Virus record (IMG/VR): IMGVR_UViG_3300009103_000015
Span: 1 to 64,000 of that record
Strand: one strand, 5' to 3'
DNA: 64,000 nt
Source: a virus
Positions 19,094-28,148 of the stretch are shown here, in pieces (position 1 is the first letter of the stretch; each line of letters starts with the position of its first letter). The translations under genes and the position numbers were made by a program. Under the pieces are notes generated by a model. It had not been told where the DNA came from, ran no database searches, and saw nothing but the letters and a program-made list of their open reading frames with translations.

Positions 19094-19932
19094 AATCTGC
19101 TAAAGTAAAAAGAACAGTTTTCATAAACGATACTCACGTTGGAAGTAATGTAGGGTTAATGACAGATAGTGCAGAACATGAAGGTGGTAGAAGTGTTGGT
19201 ATGACATATCAACAAGGATTAATGTTAGATCATTGGAAAGAAGTAGCAAAGAAATGGAGAGATCCTGATTGTATAGTTTTGAATGGAGATTTGATTGATG
19301 GTCCAGCAAAAGCAGATAGAGGAAGTTCTGTATGGACAGTTGACATGGATAATCAAGCTCAAGAGTTCAAGAAACTTTTCAAGATGTGGGGAAAGCCTAA
19401 AAAAATCTATGCAGTAATTGGAACTCCATATCACGTAAACATTGATGCAATTAAAATTGAAGAACAAATAGCAAGGGATATTGGTGCTGAAAGAGAAAAC
19501 AGTAGATATGCAACTGAAGCTAAACTAATCAATCTTGCTCCTGATTCAACTTTCAAAACTGATAAAGAAAGAATAGTTCACGTAGCACATCACATGGGTT
19601 CAACTAAAGTTTGGATGTATCGTGGAACTGCTCCTAGTAGAGCAATGGCTATGATGATGTTAAACGAATCACATTTCCTAGAACGTTCAAGAAAGATATT
19701 CGGAATTATAAGAGCTCATGTTCATCATTATTGGCAAGAGAAATCTTCTAGTAGATTAATGCAAGTATTACCATGCTATCAATTACAAACGCCTTTCATG
19801 TATAAGATAATGCCTGAATCACCTCCTGATTTGGGAAGTGTTCAATTCAACTTTCATGAAGATGGAACTTGGGAAGATGAGTATGCTCCATTGAAAACTA
19901 AGATTACTAGAATGAAGGTGAACCAAGCTTGA
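19090..19932 (+). CDS. Calcineurin-like metallophosphoesterase
   Basis: DTHVG, NGDLIDG, GTPYH, AHH, RAHVH. Confidence 0.8.
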   Translation: MKSAKVKRTVFINDTHVGSNVGLMTDSAEHEGGRSVGMTYQQGLMLDHWKEVAKKWRDPDCIVLNGDLIDGPAKADRGSSVWTVDMDNQAQEFKKLFKMWGKPKKIYAVIGTPYHVNIDAIKIEEQIARDIGAERENSRYATEAKLINLAPDSTFKTDKERIVHVAHHMGSTKVWMYRGTAPSRAMAMMMLNESHFLERSRKIFGIIRAHVHHYWQEKSSSRLMQVLPCYQLQTPFMYKIMPESPPDLGSVQFNFHEDGTWEDEYAPLKTKITRMKVNQA

Positions 19933-20150
19933 ATACTGATGGACCTTCTTTCATTGATCCAGAAACAGGATTATTTGTTCTAACATTACCAGATTGGGAA
20001 GCTCTTGTCACTAAAGTTAGAGAATTAGAAATCAAAGTTCAGACTTTGGAGAAAGGAATTGGTTCCAAGTAGATGTATGTGTGAATGTGGTTGTATGTCT
20101 CCCTTAGAAGATTCAAATAAATTGTTATGTGAACATTGTAAAAAGAAGGA

Positions 20151-20372
20151 GTGTCCATTATGGGAATAGGAAGATGCAAAGGAATTTGTGATTCTCATAG
20201 AATACCAAAGACTAAGTATCATACTCATCATTATTGCAGATCATGTGAATGGTGGATTAAACAAGATGATTGTCATAGTTCAAGATGTCCTTGCTGTGGA
20301 AGTTTAGTTTCAACAAGACCAAGAAATTCAAAGGCAAAAGAAAAATACAGGATGTTAGAAATTGAAGGGTAA
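20151..20372 (+). CDS. Nitrosopumilus-like Cys-rich Zn-binding protein, copy A
   Basis: CKGIC...CRSC....CPCCG...TRPRNSK; paralog at 60256. Confidence 0.65.
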   Translation: MSIMGIGRCKGICDSHRIPKTKYHTHHYCRSCEWWIKQDDCHSSRCPCCGSLVSTRPRNSKAKEKYRMLEIEG

Positions 20373-20667
20373 AACAGAATACATTTCAGGAAAGGTTTTG
20401 ACATACGTTCCAAAGGAAGCTATAACAGCTCAATATACTGAAAATCAAATATTAGAAGCAATAGATTATTTTGAAAAGAAAGATATTCTACCACTTAGAC
20501 AAAATATACAGAAGAAAACAGGGTTTGGTAAATCATCTTGTAATGAACATCTAAGAAAATTATTAAAGTTAGATAAGATAACTGTCCAATATGCTAAAGT
20601 TCAACTAGAACATACAGTAGCAATAAGTGGAATATACCATTCAAAAGGTTTTAAACCAAAAAAATAA
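20362..20667 (+). CDS. Winged-helix DNA-binding protein
   Basis: IQKKTGFGKSSCNEHLRKLLKLDKI. Confidence 0.6.
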   Translation: MKGKTEYISGKVLTYVPKEAITAQYTENQILEAIDYFEKKDILPLRQNIQKKTGFGKSSCNEHLRKLLKLDKITVQYAKVQLEHTVAISGIYHSKGFKPKK

Positions 20668-20677
20668 TTCTAATATC

Positions 20678-20932
20678 ATGTGGAATAGATTCTGGTCATG
20701 GTATGATAAACATACAACAGAATCATTATTGATGACAGCAATAATTTTGTTTATGCAAATTCCTCACATGGTCTGGGCAGGAGATGCTATTTTACAGAGT
20801 GGAGTTGTATGGGGAGCAAATCCAATCTTAGATTTCTTTTTGTATGGAATTGATTTGGTTGAAATTATTCCAATGATAAATGTTGGAATGTTAATTTATA
20901 ACAAGTTGAGAAAGAATGGCAAAACTGTGTAA
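20678..20932 (+). CDS. Small two-TM membrane protein
   Basis: MWNRFW... with two hydrophobic segments; start re-assigned from 20627. Confidence 0.6.
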   Translation: MWNRFWSWYDKHTTESLLMTAIILFMQIPHMVWAGDAILQSGVVWGANPILDFFLYGIDLVEIIPMINVGMLIYNKLRKNGKTV

Positions 20933-21049
20933 GAAATGTAATGAGTGGAAACCATACTCGTATTATTTTGATGATAGATTTAGAATGTGTGTTGACTGCT
21001 ATGATTCATTGAAAATTATACTTAAATAAATTACTTCTAAGAACATATT

Positions 21050-21334
21050 ATGCTAGACTTCTTAACAGAGAACGTTTTAATAGTTCTAATAGGTTTGATA
21101 ATAACTGCTGGATTTACAGGAATTACAGGTTATTTCAAGAAAAGAACAAATTGTTTGCAGAAAGTAGCAGATGAAGTAGAAGACTTAAGAAAAAGAGCAT
21201 ATAGAATTGAAAAAGCTTTGGTTATTCTCACAAAAATGCAAGAAGATGTTATAGAAAAAACACACCCTGAATTGAAACCTGAATGGGAAGATATAGTAAA
21301 AGAATTATTAGATAAAGGAAATGGTCACAGATGA
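21050..21334 (+). CDS. Single-TM plus coiled-coil protein (holin-like)
   Basis: N-terminal TM VLIVLIGLIITAGFTGI followed by an amphipathic coil. Confidence 0.5.
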   Translation: MLDFLTENVLIVLIGLIITAGFTGITGYFKKRTNCLQKVADEVEDLRKRAYRIEKALVILTKMQEDVIEKTHPELKPEWEDIVKELLDKGNGHR

Positions 21335-21417
21335 GTAGAGGTTATTGTTGTTTTCAATGTGGTTGTTGCACAGATGAACCAGAAAAAACCTGTTCATGCA
21401 AGTGTCATGGTCATTGA
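21331..21417 (+). CDS. 28-aa metallothionein-like CxCxCH peptide (not in ORF track)
   Basis: MSRGYCCFQCGCCTDEPEKTCSCKCHGH; ATGA overlap with the upstream gene. Confidence 0.5.
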   Translation: MSRGYCCFQCGCCTDEPEKTCSCKCHGH

Positions 21418-21452
21418 AAACATAAATAGATGTATAATGGAGTAATTTTGAA

Positions 21453-21704
21453 ATGGATCCATTAATTATGGTAGCAGGAGCATCAGTAATTGGTGCTGGA
21501 CTGAATACATTGAGAGGATATTTGCACAGCAAAGAACCTTACAGTGCTAAGAAATTAGCTGGTTCTATAATCATTGCAACATTTGCTTCTTTGGCTTTAA
21601 GTCAAAGCATCATTGTTGACGGATTATCTGAATCAGGAATTATTCTTGTAGGTCTAGTCACAGGTTTTACTGCTGATTATGCTATAACTAAAGCAAAGAA
21701 ATAA
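21453..21704 (+). CDS. Three-TM holin-like protein
   Basis: 83 aa, three hydrophobic segments, basic C-terminus (KAKK), upstream of a peptidase. Confidence 0.55.
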   Translation: MDPLIMVAGASVIGAGLNTLRGYLHSKEPYSAKKLAGSIIIATFASLALSQSIIVDGLSESGIILVGLVTGFTADYAITKAKK

Positions 21705-21779
21705 TCGTAGTTTTCTCTGATTTTTTGAAATTCAGTTAGTGAAAACTATAATCTATATTTTTTTATACTCATCATTAAT

Positions 21780-22658
21780 TTGATATACATGGTAATTCTT
21801 TCAAAGAAAGATGGAATCACAGATATACCTTCTTGTGTTATAACAGATACCTATGCAAATGAAGGATTAGTTTACAATGAAGGAGTTCAATTTTCAACAG
21901 ACTTAGAAATAGATGAATGGAAACATAAATGGAATCCTGAAAAAAGAGAGGGAAAAGATTACGGATATGTCACATACAAATTATTGAAAGGTAGAGAATC
22001 AAAATCATTTCCAAATTCTAGTTTTGAGCATAAAGCATTAACCGTAGCATTGAGAACATGGGGATTGAGAACAAAGAATATTAGATTCAAAAGAATTTAC
22101 AATGAAAATGAAGTTGCAGATATTGAAGTAAAATTTGAAACTAGGGAAGAGAATGATTATTTCAGAGATAAACCAACTGTTCTAGCATACGCATATTTTC
22201 CTAATGGAAAAAAGATTGGTGGAGATATGGTATTCAATGATTCTATTTGGTGGTCAGAAGATGGAGAATCAGTAAATGCACATGAATTAGATCCTGATAA
22301 TTATCCAGCAGATACTAAAACCCAAATAAAGACATACAATCTAGTTCACGTAATGATACACGAAGCTGGTCACGCATTAGGCTTGAAACATCAAACCAAA
22401 TGTAAAGAATGTGTAATGTATCCTTATTATTCTGGAAAGGTTGTTCTTCATGATGATGGAGATAGAATGTTTAGAGTTCATGGTTCAGAATACCCATTGA
22501 CCAAAAAAGCCTACGATTATTATGTAAAGAATGGATATACTCCAGAACCAATAGAAATGCCACACGATGTTGATAGAATACAAAGTTTCTATGGAAAAAG
22601 AACCTTAAGTCAAAGAATTATTGATTATTTTAGACGTAGAAATGAAAGGAAGTATTAA
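21780..22658 (+). CDS. Matrixin-family (M10) zinc metallopeptidase, no signal peptide
   Basis: ADIEVKF, VLAYAYFP..IGGD, HEAGHALGLKH, Met-turn VMYPYY, DVDRIQSFYG. Confidence 0.9.
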   Translation: MIYMVILSKKDGITDIPSCVITDTYANEGLVYNEGVQFSTDLEIDEWKHKWNPEKREGKDYGYVTYKLLKGRESKSFPNSSFEHKALTVALRTWGLRTKNIRFKRIYNENEVADIEVKFETREENDYFRDKPTVLAYAYFPNGKKIGGDMVFNDSIWWSEDGESVNAHELDPDNYPADTKTQIKTYNLVHVMIHEAGHALGLKHQTKCKECVMYPYYSGKVVLHDDGDRMFRVHGSEYPLTKKAYDYYVKNGYTPEPIEMPHDVDRIQSFYGKRTLSQRIIDYFRRRNERKY

Positions 22659-22704
22659 TAGGAACAGAATAAACTAATTAACCAGACAATTCTTTAGAAG
22701 ATCA

Positions 22705-23010
22705 TTGCCAAATAGAAATAAGAAGACATTCGGAGAGCATAATGGTAAACATAAATACATCTCCAAGAATTACCAACGGAATTGGAATGTAAAAGATGAT
22801 TCTCTAGAAGTTAAAACTGATGTTGAAATTGAAACTGGAGAGAAGGTTGTAGTAGATACAGAAGTTAAAATAGAAAAGGCAGATTTACCAAAAGAAGTAA
22901 AGAAACAAAGAAGAAAGTTGATTAAGAAACATCATCCAGATAAGAATCCAGACGATCCATCTTCTGCTGAAAAATTAAAAAAAATATTAAAAGACTATGA
23001 CGGAAACTGA
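22705..23010 (+). CDS. Protein with C-terminal partial J-domain
   Basis: EVKKQRRKLIKKHHPDKNPDD...AEKLKKI. Confidence 0.65.
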   Translation: MPNRNKKTFGEHNGKHKYISKNYQRNWNVKDDSLEVKTDVEIETGEKVVVDTEVKIEKADLPKEVKKQRRKLIKKHHPDKNPDDPSSAEKLKKILKDYDGN

Positions 23011-23074
23011 TTAATTAATTAATTTTATTTATATAGAAAAATATACTTATTAAGACAATAATTGTAGAACTACT

Positions 23075-23383
23075 ATGCCAAGTCGAGGAAGATACTGGAA
23101 ACAAGGAGGACTAAAAGATAATGTAGTCACTTCAGCAGATATTAAAGATGCTTCAATCGTATCAGCAGACATCAAAATTTTTGTATCATCAGAACAAACT
23201 GGAAATGGTTCAGCACAAAACATTGCTCATGGATTAGGTTCAACTCCTACCAAAGTAATTGTTGCTTTGACTGAATTTGGTGGTTCAACAGCAGTAGATG
23301 TAGCAGAGGGAACTCATACATCAACTAATTGTGTTGTCACAGTTTCATCAGGTGTAAAATACAAAGTATGGGCACAGGTGTAA
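23075..23383 (+). CDS. Small virion/fibre-associated protein
   Basis: VTSADIKD repeats and a NIAHGLGSTP beta domain typical of fibre tips. Confidence 0.55.
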   Translation: MPSRGRYWKQGGLKDNVVTSADIKDASIVSADIKIFVSSEQTGNGSAQNIAHGLGSTPTKVIVALTEFGGSTAVDVAEGTHTSTNCVVTVSSGVKYKVWAQV

Positions 23384-23388
23384 GCGAT

Positions 23389-24165
23389 ATGAAAATCATT
23401 GACAACTTTGATTCAGTTGAAGAAAGAATTGAGAAATTCAATTCATGGAAAGATAGCTCTCCAAAATACCATTATGGTAAAAAGAAATTAAATCCAAACG
23501 ATAACATTGTTATTGCTAAAACAACACAACCAACAGCAGATAATGGATTTATGACCAAAGCAGGAGAAAACAAACCATACACACAATATATGTTAACACA
23601 CAATCTCGTCACATCAGATGGAGATATTTATTATGCTAAGAAAATTACTTTAAAGAAATCAGATGGAACTGCATACGGTGATACCGATTTTGCAACTGAC
23701 GGAATATTCTTCCATCACATCAGTGGAAGTGTAAGTTCATCAACAACTTATGGTGCAATGATATTGGGAAGTGCCAACGTCACAACACATCAATCAGATA
23801 CTTATGGAGTTTCAGGAAACTCTGGAACAACTTTCCAATCTGGAGCTTATGATGCTTCACATGGTTCAATTAATACAACTAAAGTCTTAACAGCAAACTA
23901 TCCTCGTCATAATGACGGAGATGGAGATAACTCTGGTGGTGCAAACGATCAGGTCACATGGGCTTATTCATGGACTACTGGCGACTTTGATACAACAGGT
24001 GCTACTGATTTGAACGGTGGTGTTATTGTTGACAGAGCAACCAACGCAACTCCAGCAAACTCTGCAAAACTGTTATGCCACTTTGAATTTTCAAGTGCCT
24101 TCGAGAAGACTGGAAACGATACTTTGAAAGTGTTCGTTAATCATACCTTCGAGGGTGGAGCATAA
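23389..24165 (+). CDS. Virion structural protein (fibre-attachment/collar-like)
   Basis: HNLVTSDG...FEKTGNDTLKVFVNHTF; Gly/Thr/Ser-rich; start re-assigned from 23329. Confidence 0.5.
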   Translation: MKIIDNFDSVEERIEKFNSWKDSSPKYHYGKKKLNPNDNIVIAKTTQPTADNGFMTKAGENKPYTQYMLTHNLVTSDGDIYYAKKITLKKSDGTAYGDTDFATDGIFFHHISGSVSSSTTYGAMILGSANVTTHQSDTYGVSGNSGTTFQSGAYDASHGSINTTKVLTANYPRHNDGDGDNSGGANDQVTWAYSWTTGDFDTTGATDLNGGVIVDRATNATPANSAKLLCHFEFSSAFEKTGNDTLKVFVNHTFEGGA

Positions 24166-24296
24166 TGAGATTCCACGAACTTAAAGAAGCTTATTTCAAT
24201 AAGAATCCTAATAAGAAATCTGATAAGAGAGAACCAGATTCTAAAGAACATATCGGAGAAAATATTAAAGTAGTTCTAAAGAGGAGTGATAACTAA
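24165..24296 (+). CDS. 43-aa hypothetical protein (not in ORF track)
   Basis: TAATG coupling at both ends. Confidence 0.55.
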   Translation: MRFHELKEAYFNKNPNKKSDKREPDSKEHIGENIKVVLKRSDN

Positions 24297-25147
24297 TGGC
24301 ACGAAAAGCTATCTATAAACACGCAACTCAAGTAGATGCAACTGCTTATCCTGATGATCCTTCAGCACCAATCGGAACAAACGAATGGAATGAAGATCCA
24401 GATAGTGCAGGAATGTTAGGTTTCACAGCACAAACCGTAGCATCAGCAACAAGTGTAGCAGTATCAAATTCAGTATTATCATTAACAGGTTCAACAGATG
24501 TAGCAACTTTCGCAACAGGTGACACAGCAGAGAATGATTTGCTTTGGGTCACAACAACTGGAACTGTCACATTAAAACATGGAACAGGAAATATTTATAC
24601 TAAATCAGGAGCAGATACAGATCTATCAACAACAGAACCATTAATCTTCATAAGAAAAGGTTCTAATTGGTATCAATATGGTGGAGCACCTTCTGCAAGT
24701 CCATCATTCACTGGAACAATAAGTGGAGCAAACATGACACTATCAGGAAATCTAATTGTAAATGGAGCAACATCAACTATCAATTCTACTACAATAACAG
24801 TAGATGATAAGAACATAGAATTAGCTTCAACTGCTAGTCCTTCAGATGCTTTGGCAGATGGTGGTGGAATAACAATCAAAGGAACAACAGATAAGACTAT
24901 CATATATACAAACGCAACAGGCGACTTTGATATTTCAGAGAATGTAGATATTGCAAGTGGTAAGAAATTTAAAATTAACGGAAATGACGTATTCAGTCCA
25001 ATAGACTTAGACAGAGTAGGTTCAGCACCAGCAGATCCTTCTGCAAACAAATGTCTTGTATATGTAAAATCATTAGATGCAAATAATGATGGAATATTTA
25101 TTAAGATCAAGAAAGCAGGTCAATATAACGAGGTTCAGGTGGCTTAA
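24296..25147 (+). CDS. Tail-fibre-like protein
   Basis: GNLIVNGATSTINSTTITVDDKNIEL...ADGGGITIKG resembles marine phage fibre segments. Confidence 0.65.
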   Translation: MARKAIYKHATQVDATAYPDDPSAPIGTNEWNEDPDSAGMLGFTAQTVASATSVAVSNSVLSLTGSTDVATFATGDTAENDLLWVTTTGTVTLKHGTGNIYTKSGADTDLSTTEPLIFIRKGSNWYQYGGAPSASPSFTGTISGANMTLSGNLIVNGATSTINSTTITVDDKNIELASTASPSDALADGGGITIKGTTDKTIIYTNATGDFDISENVDIASGKKFKINGNDVFSPIDLDRVGSAPADPSANKCLVYVKSLDANNDGIFIKIKKAGQYNEVQVA

Positions 25148-25149
25148 AC

Positions 25150-28125
25150 ATGGCAATTAAATATCTAGCAGGCAATAGAATAACAGGTTTATCAACAGAT
25201 ACAAAACCAACTAACGTTCCAACAGATTCAGAATTTACTGAAACAGATACTAAGAAACAATTTATCTGGAGTGGTTCAGCTTGGGTTGCTTCAGGAACAG
25301 GTGGAACAGTAGAAGGTTCAGAAATTACAGTAGCAACAATTCCATTAAACAGATTAGCAAACGGAACAGCAAACAAGACCATCGGTTATGATTCAAATGG
25401 AGCTATCGCAGAATTAGCTTCTAGTTCAGGTGTAGAAGCATCAAGTGCAGTAATGACTTATGATACAGTCGGTAAATATGGAACTTACAAACCAATCTTG
25501 GGAGCAAATACAGATTATAGAACAAGACATGGTAAAGCAACATACTGGTCTGACTTTTCAGATTCAACAATGACTTCTGGTTGGCAACATAATGGAGATG
25601 GTGCTTATGTATCAGGTGGAAAACTTCATGCACAAGCAGATGATTCAACATCAACTTATGATTTATACACATTATTAGGAGATGCAAAAGTAGATGTAAG
25701 AAATTGGTGTCTTAGATTTACATTCCAGCCAAAACTTTCATCAAGAACACAAGGTTATTGTGGATTTGGTTTATCATCAAAAGATAATTCAAAAGAATTA
25801 GATCAGTCACAAAACTGGGTAGGATTTATTTATCAAGCTGACACTGGTGCAGGTGGTTGGTCTTGGGGAAGTTGTTATGGTTCACAGAATCCAGTTTCAC
25901 ACGCAAGAGATGATAGTATGGGTGGTTCAATTAACTATTCACAAACAAATAATGCATGGGCACACAAAACAAGAGTTTACATTGAAATTATCAGAGAAGG
26001 AAACAGATTCATTTTCAGAAGATATTCAGATAATGACTTTAGAGAATGTGTAGATGAATATGAACAAAACTCCGATGCAAAGAACTATTTCACAGATCCA
26101 GATGAATCTGAAGATGGAAATGCAACAACTCAAAACGACCAAAGATTAAGATATTTGAAAGCATCAGGTCAAGGTGGAACAACATCAGGACAAGGAATGA
26201 TGGATGCAGTTATTGACTATGTTCAATTCTGGAATGGTTCATGTGGATTATCATCAGCACCTTATTACTTAACAAGAAGAGCATGGGAAAGAGATGTCAC
26301 TGGAACAAAACCAGCAGGTGAAAACATTGGTGGTAGAGAACATACTCATGGAACAATCTTTAGAAACTTCCCTGTCACAGGAACTGAAAACGTAGCTTCT
26401 GACCACAAATGTATTGGTAATGAAGCATCAACATATTGGGATGCAGTAGGAGTAAAGATAGATTCTCAAGAACATCCTATTGTAATCAATAGATGGAATG
26501 GAGAAAGAGATAATGAACAGGTTTGGGTTAGACATAATGGTTATCCACTTAGAAGTGTAAAATTCTGGTTATGGAAAGAAGGAAGTCCAACTGGAAGACT
26601 TAGATTAGTTGTCTATGGACAATCATCAAACTCACACTTTAGATGTCGTTCAAAGAACTGGATAGATGCATCAACATTATCATCAACAGCAGGTAAAGCA
26701 AATGCTACTGCATGTGAATTTTTCATTGACGGTTATTTACCAAGACATGACGACCACTTTGTTGTAGAATTGGAAGCACCAACTAAGACAGATGATGCAG
26801 ATGGTTATACTATTCCAGCACCACACTATCGTGGACAATCACACGCATCAACAGCTAGAGTTCATATCTGTTGTAGAAATGATGCTAACAATGATACAGA
26901 AGATAATTGGTCAGGACAATATATGAGATTAGGTTATTGTTATAATAGACAAAGCACTGGTTCTAGTGGAACAGGTGTTCCAAATATGTCAAGAACAGGA
27001 ACTACTAACACAAGCCACTATTGGTATGATGTTGGTGGAATTACAAGTGATGATTCTTGGACACCATACGTTGAATGGAAATGGGGAGCAGATGCTTACA
27101 TATCTCCACCAGAAGCAAACACACACATTGACTGTTTCGTAGGAGAAGATCAATGGAAGTATGAACAATATAATCAAGGTAGAAGTAATTATGATGATTG
27201 GCAAAGTGAATTATCAAGTAGTGACCCATTGACAATGTCATGGTCAACAACTCAACACAGTAATGGTTGGGAAACTGGAAACAGCACAAACCACGCATAT
27301 TTCTGGGATAACGATTCAGATTCATTGACATCAAACACAGAAACTTACAATTCTAGAAGAATGAACATGGAAAATATGGAATTTGACCAATATCGTGAAT
27401 GTGACTTTAGTAGTGCAAAACACAGAACTATCATCATGAGAGTTTATTACAGATATGGTTCAATTATGTTCTTTGGAAGAGGAAACAATTCTAACTCATG
27501 GGAACCAAATGATAAAGGTGAGAAAGAAGCATTAGGAACAGGTAATCCATACATCAGAGATAGATACAATGAATGGAAAGAACTATGTTATGATGAGAAC
27601 TATTATGGTTCATGGGATCACAGAGTAATTGTAATAAGTGGTTATTGGAGATACCTAAGAATGTATTTCCGTTCAAGATCAAACGACCAACAGATGAATA
27701 CACAATTCTACTGGTATGCAAACTATCCAAGAAAGATTGTATCACATATTGATATCACTCCATTAAAGAAAGACTATACACATAACGCATCATCAGCAAA
27801 TGCATCAACTGATATCATGACTGCAACACAGTTAGAGATACAGAAACAAGATATTGATGAAACAACTACTAACGAATATCCATTATACACAACTGTAAGA
27901 ACAATTAACGTATCAGCATTAACAGATGGACAATCTAACTATATCAGAGTTCCAGTAGCAGATACAACTTGTTATCGTATCAGAGTAAAAGATTCAGGAA
28001 ACAAAGTATTAGCATTATCACAAGTTAGGGTAAAGTATCATGACAGTAATGATATCTCATTCAATCATGGACATCAACCTATGACAGCAACAGATGCAAG
28101 TTTGCAGTTGTCTGGAGAAGCATAG
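25150..28125 (+). CDS. Putative receptor-binding/tail-fibre protein (991 aa)
   Basis: N-terminal GLSTDTKPT...ETDT...WSGSAW module; W/Y/G/N-rich beta domains. Confidence 0.6.
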   Translation: MAIKYLAGNRITGLSTDTKPTNVPTDSEFTETDTKKQFIWSGSAWVASGTGGTVEGSEITVATIPLNRLANGTANKTIGYDSNGAIAELASSSGVEASSAVMTYDTVGKYGTYKPILGANTDYRTRHGKATYWSDFSDSTMTSGWQHNGDGAYVSGGKLHAQADDSTSTYDLYTLLGDAKVDVRNWCLRFTFQPKLSSRTQGYCGFGLSSKDNSKELDQSQNWVGFIYQADTGAGGWSWGSCYGSQNPVSHARDDSMGGSINYSQTNNAWAHKTRVYIEIIREGNRFIFRRYSDNDFRECVDEYEQNSDAKNYFTDPDESEDGNATTQNDQRLRYLKASGQGGTTSGQGMMDAVIDYVQFWNGSCGLSSAPYYLTRRAWERDVTGTKPAGENIGGREHTHGTIFRNFPVTGTENVASDHKCIGNEASTYWDAVGVKIDSQEHPIVINRWNGERDNEQVWVRHNGYPLRSVKFWLWKEGSPTGRLRLVVYGQSSNSHFRCRSKNWIDASTLSSTAGKANATACEFFIDGYLPRHDDHFVVELEAPTKTDDADGYTIPAPHYRGQSHASTARVHICCRNDANNDTEDNWSGQYMRLGYCYNRQSTGSSGTGVPNMSRTGTTNTSHYWYDVGGITSDDSWTPYVEWKWGADAYISPPEANTHIDCFVGEDQWKYEQYNQGRSNYDDWQSELSSSDPLTMSWSTTQHSNGWETGNSTNHAYFWDNDSDSLTSNTETYNSRRMNMENMEFDQYRECDFSSAKHRTIIMRVYYRYGSIMFFGRGNNSNSWEPNDKGEKEALGTGNPYIRDRYNEWKELCYDENYYGSWDHRVIVISGYWRYLRMYFRSRSNDQQMNTQFYWYANYPRKIVSHIDITPLKKDYTHNASSANASTDIMTATQLEIQKQDIDETTTNEYPLYTTVRTINVSALTDGQSNYIRVPVADTTCYRIRVKDSGNKVLALSQVRVKYHDSNDISFNHGHQPMTATDASLQLSGEA

Positions 28126-28148
28126 ATAGTTTTTATGGGTAGTCCTCA

